64,000 nucleotides of DNA from an uncultured Bacteroidota bacterium (GCA_963772165.1 CAVYWA010000010.1:45496-109495), one strand, 5' to 3'. Positions 1 through 10,238 are shown, counted from the first letter of the stretch. Translations and numbers: made by a program. Notes: generated by a model from the letters alone, not told the origin.

Positions 1-2413
1 AGACGTCCTTCGCATACGCCTCAACGAGCCGCAAAAGGCCATCGACCTTTATACCTCATTCCTTGCGCGGTACCCGCAGCATGAAAAGTGTGACGACGCA
101 GTCTTCGCAATCGGATTATCGTACGAAGCTCTTCAAGAAACCGGTGAGGCAATGAAAACGTACACCAATCTCATGAATACGTATCCGGCAAGTCCGTTCG
201 CGCCTGTGGCCATGGAGAGGAAGAATTTTCTCCAGAATCATGAAGCTCCCGACAAAGAGCAGACGGTGAAGCAGTTGGCGCTCCTCATCGGCGATCTCAT
301 TCTGGAGAAGGAGAAATCGGAGCTTGCCATGAGACTCGGGGATATTTATCTCAATGTTTTGCAAGATTTTCCGCAGGCGGCGCTGCAATACGAGAAAGCG
401 GAATCGGTCGGCAAAGATTCACTGGTACGAGAGGAAGCCGCATTCAAACATACTGTGGCGTTGTACCGGCAAACCGAGGTAGATTCCTCGTCCGCCCAGA
501 CATCGGTCAATGCCCTGACGTCATTCCTGAAAAATTATCCGTCCGGTCGCTTCAGCGACGAAGCGGCGTTTAACCGGTTTCTCCTCCAAACAAAAAAAGC
601 GAACGCAGATACGAAAGCCGGATTGGCCGAGCAATTCTTGAAAGACAGGCCCGCCTCGCGGTTCACGCCAAGAGTTCTGTTGACGTTGGGCAATGCACAA
701 AAGGAAAAGGGACGGTTGCATGAATCGATTGAAACGTATGGGCGGATCGCAAACGGATATCCAACCCGGCCCGAATCCGACGAAGCCACGGCACAACTCG
801 GTATTCAACTCGCTCACCTGGGCAGAAGCGATACGGCATCTGTTGTATTCAGCAATTATCTTCGGGCGTATCCGAATGGATTTTTTAGCGCAGAGGTCCT
901 CTATGAAAACGGCATGCTTTCGGCACGCGAAGATAAACCGTTGATGGCCGCAACCTCATTTGAACAGCTTCGAACAAAATATTTCTATTCAACACGTGCC
1001 CTCGATTGCATCGGCACCCTTGCAGAGAGCTATCAAAAAACAAATCAATTTGACAAAGCGATTGCATTGTATGTTCAGCAGCTCAACAGGCTCTCCTCTC
1101 CACTGCAGACAAATTCAAAAGGCAAACTCCAGATTGTCTTCCAGCTCGGGAAAACCTACGATGCTGCCCACGACACGGCCAACGCACGAAAAGAGTATCT
1201 CGACCTCGTCAACGAAGACGCTCATTCGGCGGATGCCTCGGAAGCATATGCCCGGCTGGCGGCATTTGAGAAGCACGACGGCAGAAACGAGGCATCCATT
1301 CAGTTCTTTGAAAAGTCCATTGCAGCCAAGCGCACAGCCGCCAACACCGCAGAACTTGCATCGCTCTATTTTGCCAATAGCGACTATCAAAAAGCGATTG
1401 ACGAATATGAGTCACTGGTCGAGTTGAAGGGTGCAGATTCATCGATGGTGCGGTCGGGGAGAATGAACGTTATTATTTCCCTCTATCGTTTGGACAAAGA
1501 CAAGGAGACTGACCGTAAAATTTCGGAATTTTTGAAATTATACGGCTCCGACATGAACGACCTTGCAGAGTTTGAATTTGAGAAAGCGATGGCGTTGTAC
1601 CGCGAAGAAGAACCGGACCGCGCCCTCGAAATCTTAAAGACGTTCCCGTCGAAATATGATTCCGCAGAAATACTTCCGCAGGCGTGTTTCTGGGTGGGAA
1701 AAATCCTCGAAACAAAAGAATTACCCGACAGTGCGTTGAAGCAGTATGATCTCGTCATGAGGACGTTCCCGCATTCCGCCATCCTCCCGAAAGTGTACCT
1801 CGCGCTCGGCAACATTTATTTTTTCAAGGAAAATTACGACGAAGCAGTGAAATATTACCGGCTCGTCGTCGACAGGCCGGAACTGTCGCCGGAGATTCTC
1901 CCCTTTGCAATGAGCAACCTTATCGAGACCTACAAAGAGCTGGCGTTATATGACGGCGCTCTTGAGCTCACGCGAAGCTTCATTGAAAAGTACCCGAACG
2001 ACGAGTCGATACTGGACAAGAAAGTCGATCTCGGTGTGTTATATCAAAAGCTCGGGTATTACGACCAGGCGATCGTTCAGCTCCAGGCATTGCTTGAAAC
2101 GACGAACAAAGACTTCGAATCGGAAATCCGGTACTATCTCGGCGAATCATACTTCGACAAAGGCGAATACCAGCAGGCTATCCTCGAATTCCTCAAGGTT
2201 CCGTACCTCATCACCAAGAAGACGAAAATTGATTGGACGCCGAATTCATATTACATGTCGGCCCAGTCGTACGAAAAAATGGGGAAATTCGACCAGGCGC
2301 TGAACATGTACCAGCAGATCATCGACAAGCCGGGCATCGACCCGGCGTTTAAGACGGCCGCCCAAAAAGAAATCAACCGAGTGAAGAGCGCGGTCAAGAA
2401 AGAATCTGATTAA
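1..2413 (+). CDS. TPR-repeat protein, 5'-partial (reading frame open to window start)
   Basis: ORF 152..2413 has no in-frame stop upstream back to nt 2, so gene starts outside window; many TPR-like helical repeats (AxxY/L patterns); followed by intergenic gap. Confidence 0.6.
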   Translation, partial: DVLRIRLNEPQKAIDLYTSFLARYPQHEKCDDAVFAIGLSYEALQETGEAMKTYTNLMNTYPASPFAPVAMERKNFLQNHEAPDKEQTVKQLALLIGDLILEKEKSELAMRLGDIYLNVLQDFPQAALQYEKAESVGKDSLVREEAAFKHTVALYRQTEVDSSSAQTSVNALTSFLKNYPSGRFSDEAAFNRFLLQTKKANADTKAGLAEQFLKDRPASRFTPRVLLTLGNAQKEKGRLHESIETYGRIANGYPTRPESDEATAQLGIQLAHLGRSDTASVVFSNYLRAYPNGFFSAEVLYENGMLSAREDKPLMAATSFEQLRTKYFYSTRALDCIGTLAESYQKTNQFDKAIALYVQQLNRLSSPLQTNSKGKLQIVFQLGKTYDAAHDTANARKEYLDLVNEDAHSADASEAYARLAAFEKHDGRNEASIQFFEKSIAAKRTAANTAELASLYFANSDYQKAIDEYESLVELKGADSSMVRSGRMNVIISLYRLDKDKETDRKISEFLKLYGSDMNDLAEFEFEKAMALYREEEPDRALEILKTFPSKYDSAEILPQACFWVGKILETKELPDSALKQYDLVMRTFPHSAILPKVYLALGNIYFFKENYDEAVKYYRLVVDRPELSPEILPFAMSNLIETYKELALYDGALELTRSFIEKYPNDESILDKKVDLGVLYQKLGYYDQAIVQLQALLETTNKDFESEIRYYLGESYFDKGEYQQAILEFLKVPYLITKKTKIDWTPNSYYMSAQSYEKMGKFDQALNMYQQIIDKPGIDPAFKTAAQKEINRVKSAVKKESD

Positions 2414-2500
2414 CGCATGTTATGCAAAATGAAGTTTTCTTTAAGAAGTCTTTGCGCCTCCGTACCTTGGCGGATAGCCTTTCATCCCAGCGCACCATGA

Positions 2501-3682
2501 GTGACTAATACAATCAGGACCGGTATGTTTGAAAAAGAGACTGAACAACTTATCGCGACGGTCCGTCAGGCAACGATCGGCGAAACCAAAGCCATCGGCT
2601 TGAGGGAGATTTTCGAATCGAATATCCTTTCAAACGTGAAGGTGTTTTTCCGTGCTGAAGTTGAGTGGATGCTCGAGACGGAGCGAAAACCGGAACCGCG
2701 ACCGTCGAAATTCAACTATAATCTCCCCGAGATTGCAATGCTGCGCGAACAAACCAACGCGCTGCTCATCCACAATTTTATTTTTTCAAAAGCTGATTTC
2801 GAAGCAACGCTGGATAAATGCGTCCACTTTTTGCTGAATTATCTCTGCCGTCCCCAGTGGACGTTGAACAGTTTTCTTTTTGAGGAGTCGGCACGGGCTT
2901 CGACGCAGCAAATCCTGTTGAAGCTCCGATATTGCAGGGACTATGCATACTTCCCGGATATCCTCCGCAGCTATCTTCAACAACGCGGCGTTGGAGAGAT
3001 GACGCTGGAGGAAGGAAAAAACCTTATCGCACGAATCGATGCCGAGGTTGTGAAAAACCATTCGAGTATAGAACTCGCCAAGATAACGCTGCCGTTGTTC
3101 GATTTTGTTGCGTATGCGCGGGCACACAACATGAGCGCCACCGCCAAAACAGTTCCGGCCCGGGCATTGATGTACTTTTTCGAAGACAAAAAAATTGGAG
3201 CGATGCACGAGCGGCTATCGCGCGAGCGTGAAGTGAACAATGTCAAAGAATTGAGCTACGGTCAGCTCGTCAACCTTCTCGAAAAAGTCCGGAGCGGCGA
3301 CGAGCACGCTCACGTTTTTGATGAACATGCCGAACCCCTGCCGGCACTTGACGATATTTCTCTCGATATGCCATCGCTCTCCCAGATAGTACAGGAAGAG
3401 GAAATGACCACCCCGAAACCGTCAGAACCGCCGAAACCCACCCCTCCTCTTTTTTCGCTCGAAGAAGAACGCACCATCATCAAACATGTCTTCCACCAGA
3501 ACGAAGAGCAATTCCAAGCTGCGGTAAAAGAAGCGCTGGCCGCTGCAACATGGGAAGACGCGGCGCTTTCGATCGACCATTTCTTTCTGATGAACGATGT
3601 GGAAGCGTTCTCAAAAGAAGCAATCCTTTTTACAAATAGAGTGCAAAGCAGATTTAGCGAAGGAGTAAAGAATAAATCCTAA
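2501..3682 (+). CDS. hypothetical acidic protein (393 aa), no recognised domain
   Basis: long ORF in codirectional gene string; no motif recognised by eye. Confidence 0.4.
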   Translation: MTNTIRTGMFEKETEQLIATVRQATIGETKAIGLREIFESNILSNVKVFFRAEVEWMLETERKPEPRPSKFNYNLPEIAMLREQTNALLIHNFIFSKADFEATLDKCVHFLLNYLCRPQWTLNSFLFEESARASTQQILLKLRYCRDYAYFPDILRSYLQQRGVGEMTLEEGKNLIARIDAEVVKNHSSIELAKITLPLFDFVAYARAHNMSATAKTVPARALMYFFEDKKIGAMHERLSREREVNNVKELSYGQLVNLLEKVRSGDEHAHVFDEHAEPLPALDDISLDMPSLSQIVQEEEMTTPKPSEPPKPTPPLFSLEEERTIIKHVFHQNEEQFQAAVKEALAAATWEDAALSIDHFFLMNDVEAFSKEAILFTNRVQSRFSEGVKNKS

Positions 3683-3701
3683 ACTCTAATGTCTAAATCC
3701 T
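3677..3701. repeat. left arm of 25-bp inverted repeat (tcctaaactctaatgtctaaatcct) bracketing the four-helix-bundle gene
   Basis: reverse complement of 4102..4126 matches 24/25. Confidence 0.55.
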
Positions 3702-3721
3702 CATTCTTTACGGGGGGGCGG

Positions 3722-4084
3722 ATGAAAAAATACGATTTGGAAGATCGGACGTTAGGGTTTGCAAAAGAGGTCATTCGTTTGGTCAACAAGGTATCAAAAA
3801 CACTACCGAACGTGGAAATCGCAAGACAGCTTGTTCGCCCATCGGGGTCCGTGGGCGCCAATGACATAGAAGCAAATGAATCTCTCGGAGAAAAAGATTT
3901 TGCAATGAGAATTAAGATATGTCGAAAAGAAGTCAAGGAGAGCCGCTATTGGCTTCAACTTCTCGAAAGCACTCCGGATTTAAGTGACAGCCAAGCTCAT
4001 CTCATTCAGGAATCTACAGAGCTAATGAAAATATTTGGAGCGATTTTAGAAAAAATAAAACAAAGGCAGCAACCAAATGAGTAA
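3722..4084 (+). CDS. four-helix-bundle protein (23S rRNA intervening-sequence protein family, PF05635-like)
   Basis: ~120 aa; motifs LxFAKEVIRL...ARQLVRPSGSVGANDIEANES...SRYWLQL typical of the family; start taken at MKKYDLEDRTLGF. Confidence 0.6.
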   Translation: MKKYDLEDRTLGFAKEVIRLVNKVSKTLPNVEIARQLVRPSGSVGANDIEANESLGEKDFAMRIKICRKEVKESRYWLQLLESTPDLSDSQAHLIQESTELMKIFGAILEKIKQRQQPNE

Positions 4085-4101
4085 TCTGTCTTTGTGATTT
4101 T

Positions 4102-4126
4102 AGGATTTAGACATTAGAATTTAGGA
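4102..4126. repeat. right arm of 25-bp inverted repeat (aggatttagacattagaatttagga)
   Basis: pairs with 3677..3701. Confidence 0.55.
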
Positions 4127-4137
4127 TTTTAACATTT

Positions 4138-5127
4138 ATGTTTATCGATTCGGCAAAAATTTTTGTTCGATCCGGCAGCGGGGGCAACGGCATTATTCAT
4201 TGGCGTCGCGAAAAATACGTCCCGAAAGGCGGCCCTGACGGGGGAAACGGCGGCAAAGGAGGCAATGTCATTATCCGGGCAGAGAAGCAACTTACGACAC
4301 TTCTCGATTTCCGTTACAAGCGGCGATACATTGCACAAAACGGCAATCCGGGAGAAGGTTCAAATATGGAGGGACGATCAGCCCAGGATATTTTGATAAA
4401 GGTTCCGTGCGGAACGATCGTGAAAAACAGTATCACCGGCGATCTCATCGGCGACTTGGTCGACCACGGCACTGAAATTGTCGTTGCCAAAGGAGGACGC
4501 GGCGGAAAAGGAAATTCAGAATTCGCGACGTCGACCAACCAGGCACCGCGCATCTGTACTCCGGGCGAAGAAGGAAAAGAATTTAATCTTGATCTGGAGC
4601 TGAAACTTCTTGCAGATGTCGGATTGGTAGGGTTTCCGAATGCCGGAAAGTCGACTCTGATCTCTAAAATTTCGGCGGCAAAGCCGAAGATCGCCGATTA
4701 CCCTTTCACAACGCTTGTGCCGAACCTTGGGATGGTCTATTTTCAGGAAGGAAAAAGTTTTGTTGTCGCGGATATTCCGGGCCTCATCAAAGGCGCGCAC
4801 GAAGGCAAAGGACTTGGAACGCAATTTCTCCGGCACATCGAACGAACAAAAGTGCTCGTGTATCTGGTTGAATGTACCAGCCCTGACCCGAAAAAAGATT
4901 TCGCGACATTAGCGGGCGAACTGAAATCGTTCAACAAAGACTTACCGAAGAAGCCGACGCTTGTGGCGTTTACCAAGCTCGACATCGCCGACACAGCACT
5001 CCGCAAAGCTCTCAGAAAAATCAAGTTCCGCAAAGGAATTTCCGTGCATTTGATTTCTGCCGTAACAGGCGAAGGACTCGACGGACTGGTTGCCGCCATG
5101 TGGAAAGCACTGGAAAAGAAGAAGTAA
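4138..5127 (+). CDS. obg: GTPase Obg/CgtA
   Basis: N-terminal FIDSAKIFVRSGSGGNG...GGPDGGNGGKGG glycine-rich Obg fold, G-motifs GFPNAGKST, DIPGLI. Confidence 0.9.
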   Translation: MFIDSAKIFVRSGSGGNGIIHWRREKYVPKGGPDGGNGGKGGNVIIRAEKQLTTLLDFRYKRRYIAQNGNPGEGSNMEGRSAQDILIKVPCGTIVKNSITGDLIGDLVDHGTEIVVAKGGRGGKGNSEFATSTNQAPRICTPGEEGKEFNLDLELKLLADVGLVGFPNAGKSTLISKISAAKPKIADYPFTTLVPNLGMVYFQEGKSFVVADIPGLIKGAHEGKGLGTQFLRHIERTKVLVYLVECTSPDPKKDFATLAGELKSFNKDLPKKPTLVAFTKLDIADTALRKALRKIKFRKGISVHLISAVTGEGLDGLVAAMWKALEKKK

Positions 5128-5160
5128 TTGTTTGCGAAGGTCGTTTTTGGGGGGGGAAAA

Positions 5161-5310
5161 GTCATTGCGAGTCCTCGCCGAGTCGAGTCTTCGACCGATG
5201 TTCCTTATCGGGCCGAAGTCCCGAAGGGATCCCGTACAGCGGGACAATCCCCCCGTTAAATAAAGGATTGCTTCGCTCCGATCCTCGCAATGACTTTATT
5301 CTTCAAAAGA
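5161..5310. repeat. MITE/REP-like hairpin-rich intergenic element, copy E1 (TIRs gtcattgcgag / ctcgcaatgac)
   Basis: shares ordered blocks gaagtcccgaagggatcccgtacagcgggacaatcc ... ggattgcttcg ... ctcgcaatgactttattcttcaaaag with copies at 37.3 kb, 47.7 kb (inverted) and 48.6 kb. Confidence 0.6.
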
Positions 5311-5371
5311 TTCCATACCCTGAAGCGCAGCACATTGAAATTCACTCCGTTTCTTTGTAGATTCATCCTCA

Positions 5372-6424
5372 ATGAAATCAACCAAACGCGATTCGGACTT
5401 CACGGCGCCGGAACGGCTTGATAATGAGACCGAGTTCGATCATGCACTCCGTCCCTCGGCTTTTCGTGAATTCGTCGGACAGAAAAACATTGTCGATAAT
5501 CTGAAGATTTTCATCGCTGCGGCGAAGCAACGGAACGAATCGCTTGACCACGTGCTTCTCACCGGTCCCCCGGGGCTGGGAAAAACCACGCTCGCCTACA
5601 TCATCGCCAATGAAATGGCTGCGGATATTAAAATTACGTCCGGGCCGGTTCTTAATAAGCCCGCTGACCTCGCCGGCGTATTGACGAATCTCCAGGAAGG
5701 CGATGTCCTCTTCATCGACGAAATCCACAGGCTCAATTCTGTTGTGGAGGAATATTTGTACTCGGCGATGGAAGAATTCCGCCTGGACATCATTATTGAT
5801 GCGGGGCCAAGCGCCCGCAGCATCCAGCTCTCTCTTCCGAAATTTACCCTCGTCGGTGCAACAACGCGTGCAGGCCTTCTGACAGCGCCGCTTCGTGCAC
5901 GATTCGGTGTTACAAACAGACTCGACTATTATTTGCCCGACCAGCTCTCTACGATTATCAAACGCTCCGCTGACATCCTAAAAATTGAGACCGAAGAAGG
6001 GGGCGTTGCAGAAATTGCCAAGCGATCGCGCGGAACACCCCGCATCGCCAACCGCCTGCTGAGGAGGTGCCGGGATTTTGCGGCGGCCGACAAAAGGCTT
6101 GCTCACTATCATAACATCGTCACCAAGGAAGTCTCCGAACACTCGCTTCGCGCCCTGGAAGTGGACGACCTCGGCCTCGACGAGATGGACAAACGCATTC
6201 TGCGGACCATTATCGAGAAATACGACGGCGGTCCGGTGGGTGTGAGTTCCCTTGCTGTCGCCGTCGGCGAAGAACCGGGAACTATTGAAGAAGTGTACGA
6301 GCCGTTCCTGATCCAGGAAGGGTTCATTAAAAGAACACCGCGCGGGAGAGAAGCGACCGCGATCGCGTATAAACATTTTGGCATAACGAGAAAAAAAATC
6401 GTCCAGGAAAATCTCGGTTTATGA
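5372..6424 (+). CDS. ruvB: Holliday junction branch-migration ATPase RuvB
   Basis: Walker [21 protein letters not shown]-terminal winged helix; 350 aa. Confidence 0.9.
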   Translation: MKSTKRDSDFTAPERLDNETEFDHALRPSAFREFVGQKNIVDNLKIFIAAAKQRNESLDHVLLTGPPGLGKTTLAYIIANEMAADIKITSGPVLNKPADLAGVLTNLQEGDVLFIDEIHRLNSVVEEYLYSAMEEFRLDIIIDAGPSARSIQLSLPKFTLVGATTRAGLLTAPLRARFGVTNRLDYYLPDQLSTIIKRSADILKIETEEGGVAEIAKRSRGTPRIANRLLRRCRDFAAADKRLAHYHNIVTKEVSEHSLRALEVDDLGLDEMDKRILRTIIEKYDGGPVGVSSLAVAVGEEPGTIEEVYEPFLIQEGFIKRTPRGREATAIAYKHFGITRKKIVQENLGL

Positions 6425-8094
6425 ACCAACCAATGCGTAAGGGTGGCGTTATGTCTCTTGACAGCGATTTACAGTCAATTCAGGAAGTCCGGGAGCTTCT
6501 TACGAAAGCGAAGGAAGCGCAGCTTGCATTTCGCGCATATTCCCAGGAACAAGTCGACCGAATTGTGCAATCGATGGCAGATGCAGGCTTCGCCGAGGCC
6601 GAGCGTCTTGGACAAATGGCACACGAGGAAACGGGATTCGGCAAACCCGAGGATAAAAAAAAGAAGAATGAATTTGCAACGAAGCGAGTCTATGAATCGA
6701 TAAAAGATCTCAAGACCGTCGGCGTCATACGCGAAGACAAAGAAAAACAGATTGTCGAGATCGGTGAACCGATGGGTGTTGTCGCAGCATTAATCCCTTC
6801 CACCAATCCGACGTCGACAGCAATGTTTAAGGCGATTATTTCGGTGAAAGGCCGCAACGGGTTCGTCGCAAGCCCGCACCCCCGCGCAGCAAAATCAACG
6901 CTTGAAGCCGTACGGATTGTCTCGGAGGCTGCCGAGCGGGCTGGGGCGCCGCACGGATTGATCGCATGCATGTCGCTTCCTTCAATCGAGGGCACAAACG
7001 AATTAATGAGGCACAGGCTCACTGCGGTAATTCTCGCCACGGGGAGCAATCCGATGGTGCGCGCTGCCTACAGCTCGGGCAAGCCCGCACTCGGCGTCGG
7101 ATCCGGAAATGTTCCCGCGTTCATCGAACGCACGGCAAACATAAAAAAGGCCGTTGCAGATATTGTCTCCGGAAAAATGTTCGACTGGGGAGTCCTTTGT
7201 TCAACCGAATCGGGAGTCATCATCGATTCTCCGGTCAAACTCCAGGTGGTCGATGAGTTCAAAAAACTGAAAGGCTATTTTGTCAATCCCGATGAGAAGG
7301 AAAAACTCAGCCGGACAATGTTCGACCCGAAAGGTGCAATCAATCCGGATATCGTTGGTAAATCCCCTGCATTCATCGCGCACAAAGCCGGGTTTGAAGT
7401 CCCCGCGGAGACCTCGTGTTTAATTGTTGAGTTGCCCGACGTCGGAAAGGAGTACCCTCTTTCCCGTGAAAAATTATCACCGGTCCTTGCGCTGTTTACC
7501 GCAGACGGATGGCGCGAAGGCTGCGAACGATGTATCGAGATGCTGGAGTTCGGAGGATTAGGGCACACAATGGCGATTCATTCGTCGGACCGTGACATCA
7601 TTATGAAATTCGCCCTCGAAAAACCTGCATGCCGGATCCTCGTCAACACCCAAGCCGCGCTCGGCGCAGTCGGATATACCAATGAACTCCTTCCGTCGAT
7701 GACCTTAGGCCCGGGTACATTTGGGAAGTCGATCATTTCAGAAAACGTCTCCGCAAAGCATCTCATCAACATCAAACGGCTTGCTTTTGAGACGAGGCCG
7801 ATCAATAAGGAGACGAGAGACGGGACTCAGAACCCAAAACTCAGAACCCAGAACTCAGGACTCAGCACGCAGCACGCAGCACCTGCAATTCATAACGCCG
7901 TACCCGGAACCCCAACTCACAGTTGGATGGAAGAAATAGAGGAACGGATCCGATTGAAGGCTGGAAATCAGCCGCTCCATACCAAGCCTCACGTTGAAGA
8001 AGCAGTTTCTAAAGATGAAAACAAGGAGGCGAAATACGGAAATGGAATGACGATTGACGATGTCGAACGAGTGATGAAAGAATTCCAGAAGTAG
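6421..8094 (+). CDS. CoA-acylating aldehyde dehydrogenase (EutE/PduP-like) with ~100-aa low-complexity C-terminal extension
   Basis: ALDH-family core (~460 aa) with catalytic Cys region VLCSTESGV; start ATG overlaps ruvB stop (ATGA); C-terminal tail encoded by imperfect tandem ACTCAGAACCCA-type repeats. Confidence 0.7.
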   Translation: MNQPMRKGGVMSLDSDLQSIQEVRELLTKAKEAQLAFRAYSQEQVDRIVQSMADAGFAEAERLGQMAHEETGFGKPEDKKKKNEFATKRVYESIKDLKTVGVIREDKEKQIVEIGEPMGVVAALIPSTNPTSTAMFKAIISVKGRNGFVASPHPRAAKSTLEAVRIVSEAAERAGAPHGLIACMSLPSIEGTNELMRHRLTAVILATGSNPMVRAAYSSGKPALGVGSGNVPAFIERTANIKKAVADIVSGKMFDWGVLCSTESGVIIDSPVKLQVVDEFKKLKGYFVNPDEKEKLSRTMFDPKGAINPDIVGKSPAFIAHKAGFEVPAETSCLIVELPDVGKEYPLSREKLSPVLALFTADGWREGCERCIEMLEFGGLGHTMAIHSSDRDIIMKFALEKPACRILVNTQAALGAVGYTNELLPSMTLGPGTFGKSIISENVSAKHLINIKRLAFETRPINKETRDGTQNPKLRTQNSGLSTQHAAPAIHNAVPGTPTHSWMEEIEERIRLKAGNQPLHTKPHVEEAVSKDENKEAKYGNGMTIDDVERVMKEFQK

Positions 8095-8096
8095 TT

Positions 8097-8160
8097 AAAA
8101 GTTATAAGTGAAAAGTAAAAAAATAATCAGCACACCACTTTTCGCTTATAACTTTTCACT
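8097..8160 (+). terminator. long hairpin (20-bp stem, 20-nt loop) after aldehyde dehydrogenase, followed by T-rich cacttttaactt x2
   Basis: 8097..8116 aaaagttataagtgaaaagt pairs with 8137..8156 acttttcgcttataactttt (one G-U). Confidence 0.35.
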
Positions 8161-8184
8161 TTTAACTTATCACTTTTAACTTCC

Positions 8185-8772
8185 TTGAAAAAGCTCCCCC
8201 GCTCATTTTACACCCGCCCTGCCCTTCTCGTCGCAAAAAACCTCCTTGGAAAAATCCTTGTACGTAAAAACGGAAAAAAGATTCTCTCCGGAATGATCGT
8301 CGAAGTTGAAGCCTATGGCGGCGCGAAAGATCCGGCAAGCCATGCGTACCACGGAAGAACAAGACGAAACGAAGTCATGTTTCGCGAGGGGGGATATTTG
8401 TACGTTTATTTTACGTATGGCATGCACTTCTGCGCCAATGTTGTAACGGGAAAAAAAGACGCCGGTGAAGCCGTGTTGATCCGAGCCGTTGAACCGGTTG
8501 CCGGAATGGAAGTGATGAAAAAAAACAGGCGCTTTGACAAAAGCGCAGGAACGATGCATACTCTGACCAACGGTCCGGCAAAATTATGCCAGGCGTTTGG
8601 CATTAAAGGAAAAGACAATGGAATCGATTTGCTCGGCCACGAGATTTATTTGACAGCTGGAAAGCCAATTCCAAAATCGAAAATTGGAATTTCAACTCGC
8701 ATTGGAATCTCGCGCGGGAAGGAAATGCAATGGAGGTTTTTCATACTAGAAAACAAGTGGATATCAAAGTAA
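8185..8772 (+). CDS. DNA-3-methyladenine glycosylase (Mpg/AAG family)
   Basis: FYTRPALLVAKNLLGKILVR...VEVEAYGGAKDPASHAYHGRTRRNEVMF...GYLYVYFTYGMH motifs; TTG start. Confidence 0.8.
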   Translation: MKKLPRSFYTRPALLVAKNLLGKILVRKNGKKILSGMIVEVEAYGGAKDPASHAYHGRTRRNEVMFREGGYLYVYFTYGMHFCANVVTGKKDAGEAVLIRAVEPVAGMEVMKKNRRFDKSAGTMHTLTNGPAKLCQAFGIKGKDNGIDLLGHEIYLTAGKPIPKSKIGISTRIGISRGKEMQWRFFILENKWISK

Positions 8773-8884
8773 GGATATAGAACAATTCGAAAGCAAGCCG
8801 CTCACCATCCTTTCTCCAGAATTCCGTTTTTTCCGTTAAAAAAATGCCAATTCGCTGCAGAACCATCCTTTCCCGATCATTCGC

Positions 8885-9565
8885 TCATTTTCCCTTTACA
8901 GATCGAATCCCCGCTTCAAACACCGGCATCACCATGAAAAAGAGTGCAAGGACGAAAAGCGGCCAGTTAAACCGGATAGGAAGTTCCTCAATCCTGACGC
9001 TACCTTTTCCAACAACTTCAATAGAGGGATTCATAAAAACGTACAACGCTATGGAAATCCCGCAGACATAGAAAGACCAGCCCAATTTTCCGAACCGGAA
9101 TGTCACGTTGTTGATTTCGCTGTGAGCCAGAAGGCCCCCTAAAATAATGAGAACGATGGAAATTAATATCGGCGACAACACCGGACCCCACCATGGAAGC
9201 GGCATAAGAAAGAGGATATCCCAGTCAAAGAATGAATGCGGCCAGCCAACTATGATTTTCAAAAAGAGATAGTAGAAAATATCCCAAACACCAAATGCCG
9301 CCATGAAAAACCCGAGCTTGCTTTTCCATGACGTACCCGCGAGCCAGCCGACGGTGAGCAGCATGATAAGCGTCGCAGCTTCACGAACAATCTCCGTTGC
9401 ACCGAAAGAAGAAATAATCGGCAACGGCGTCTGTTGATACGGCTCAATGCGATTCACCAGCGTACGCAAGTATGCGACCGTCGAAGCTTCCATCCACGCC
9501 ATAGCAATCGAAAAAAAAGTGACGGCGGCGATGCACATTGGTAAGCGTTTGGATTGTTCTTTCAC
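8885..9565 (-). CDS. hypothetical polytopic membrane protein
   Basis: 226-aa ORF with multiple hydrophobic segments. Confidence 0.45.
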   Translation of the reverse strand: MKEQSKRLPMCIAAVTFFSIAMAWMEASTVAYLRTLVNRIEPYQQTPLPIISSFGATEIVREAATLIMLLTVGWLAGTSWKSKLGFFMAAFGVWDIFYYLFLKIIVGWPHSFFDWDILFLMPLPWWGPVLSPILISIVLIILGGLLAHSEINNVTFRFGKLGWSFYVCGISIALYVFMNPSIEVVGKGSVRIEELPIRFNWPLFVLALFFMVMPVFEAGIRSVKGK

Positions 9566-9751
9566 ATCAAGACGTATTGTTTATGAACAATTATTTCTGC
9601 CTGGATCATCACCGGACCGATGGCCGAGATTTCTGCAGCAGAACGTGGACGTAATGGAGTGCGATGAGAATAATAATGACAACAGGAATCATAAGGAATT
9701 TCCTCACCAACGGTAAAAACGTCCTTCCACTCAGCATAACAAATCTCCTTT

Positions 9752-10210
9752 TCAGGTGCGGCTTTCTCCGGCGATAAGGCCGTTGACAGAGCCATGCTTC
9801 GCCCGATGAACACGTGCAATCAACTTTCCAAGATATGTTCCTCCGAATGCCGGGATAAACGAAATAAGCGAGCCAGCACCATCGGAAAGGAATAATTCAT
9901 TTTGATGAGTCACACCAATCCAAATGAATTGCGAAAGAGGAACGAAGAGTCCCAGCACAAGAGCCTGCTTCCAAACGCTCCTGGGTGATGTGAATCCCAG
10001 AAAGAAACCGAATGCAAGAAGAAGCAACACGGGGAATTGCGGCTCCGATGTCCCGAGATTGATGAATCCCGTTAGCCACCCGAGAAAGAGCGACGCCATC
10101 ATCCCGAACTGGTTCGGCCGGAAATAAACGACGACAACCACCGCAAGAAATATAACGACGAGCGCATTGAACCCGACGATCGTGAACAAGAGTTTTGCAG
10201 GCATAAGCAT
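9752..10210 (-). CDS. hypothetical membrane protein
   Basis: 152-aa hydrophobic ORF; short overlapping ORF 9562..9819 between it and the next gene is unresolved. Confidence 0.4.
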   Translation of the reverse strand: MLMPAKLLFTIVGFNALVVIFLAVVVVVYFRPNQFGMMASLFLGWLTGFINLGTSEPQFPVLLLLAFGFFLGFTSPRSVWKQALVLGLFVPLSQFIWIGVTHQNELFLSDGAGSLISFIPAFGGTYLGKLIARVHRAKHGSVNGLIAGESRT

Positions 10211-10238
10211 CCTTCGTGGTTGTGATGATGTATAACGA

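Noticed and set aside
8150-8190. Motif cacttttaactt shared between the mpg upstream region and 30790..30825
   Set aside because: The second occurrence lies inside the BatD coding start (it encodes KSEKLKVKS). Similarity is short, AT-rich, and best explained by chance.
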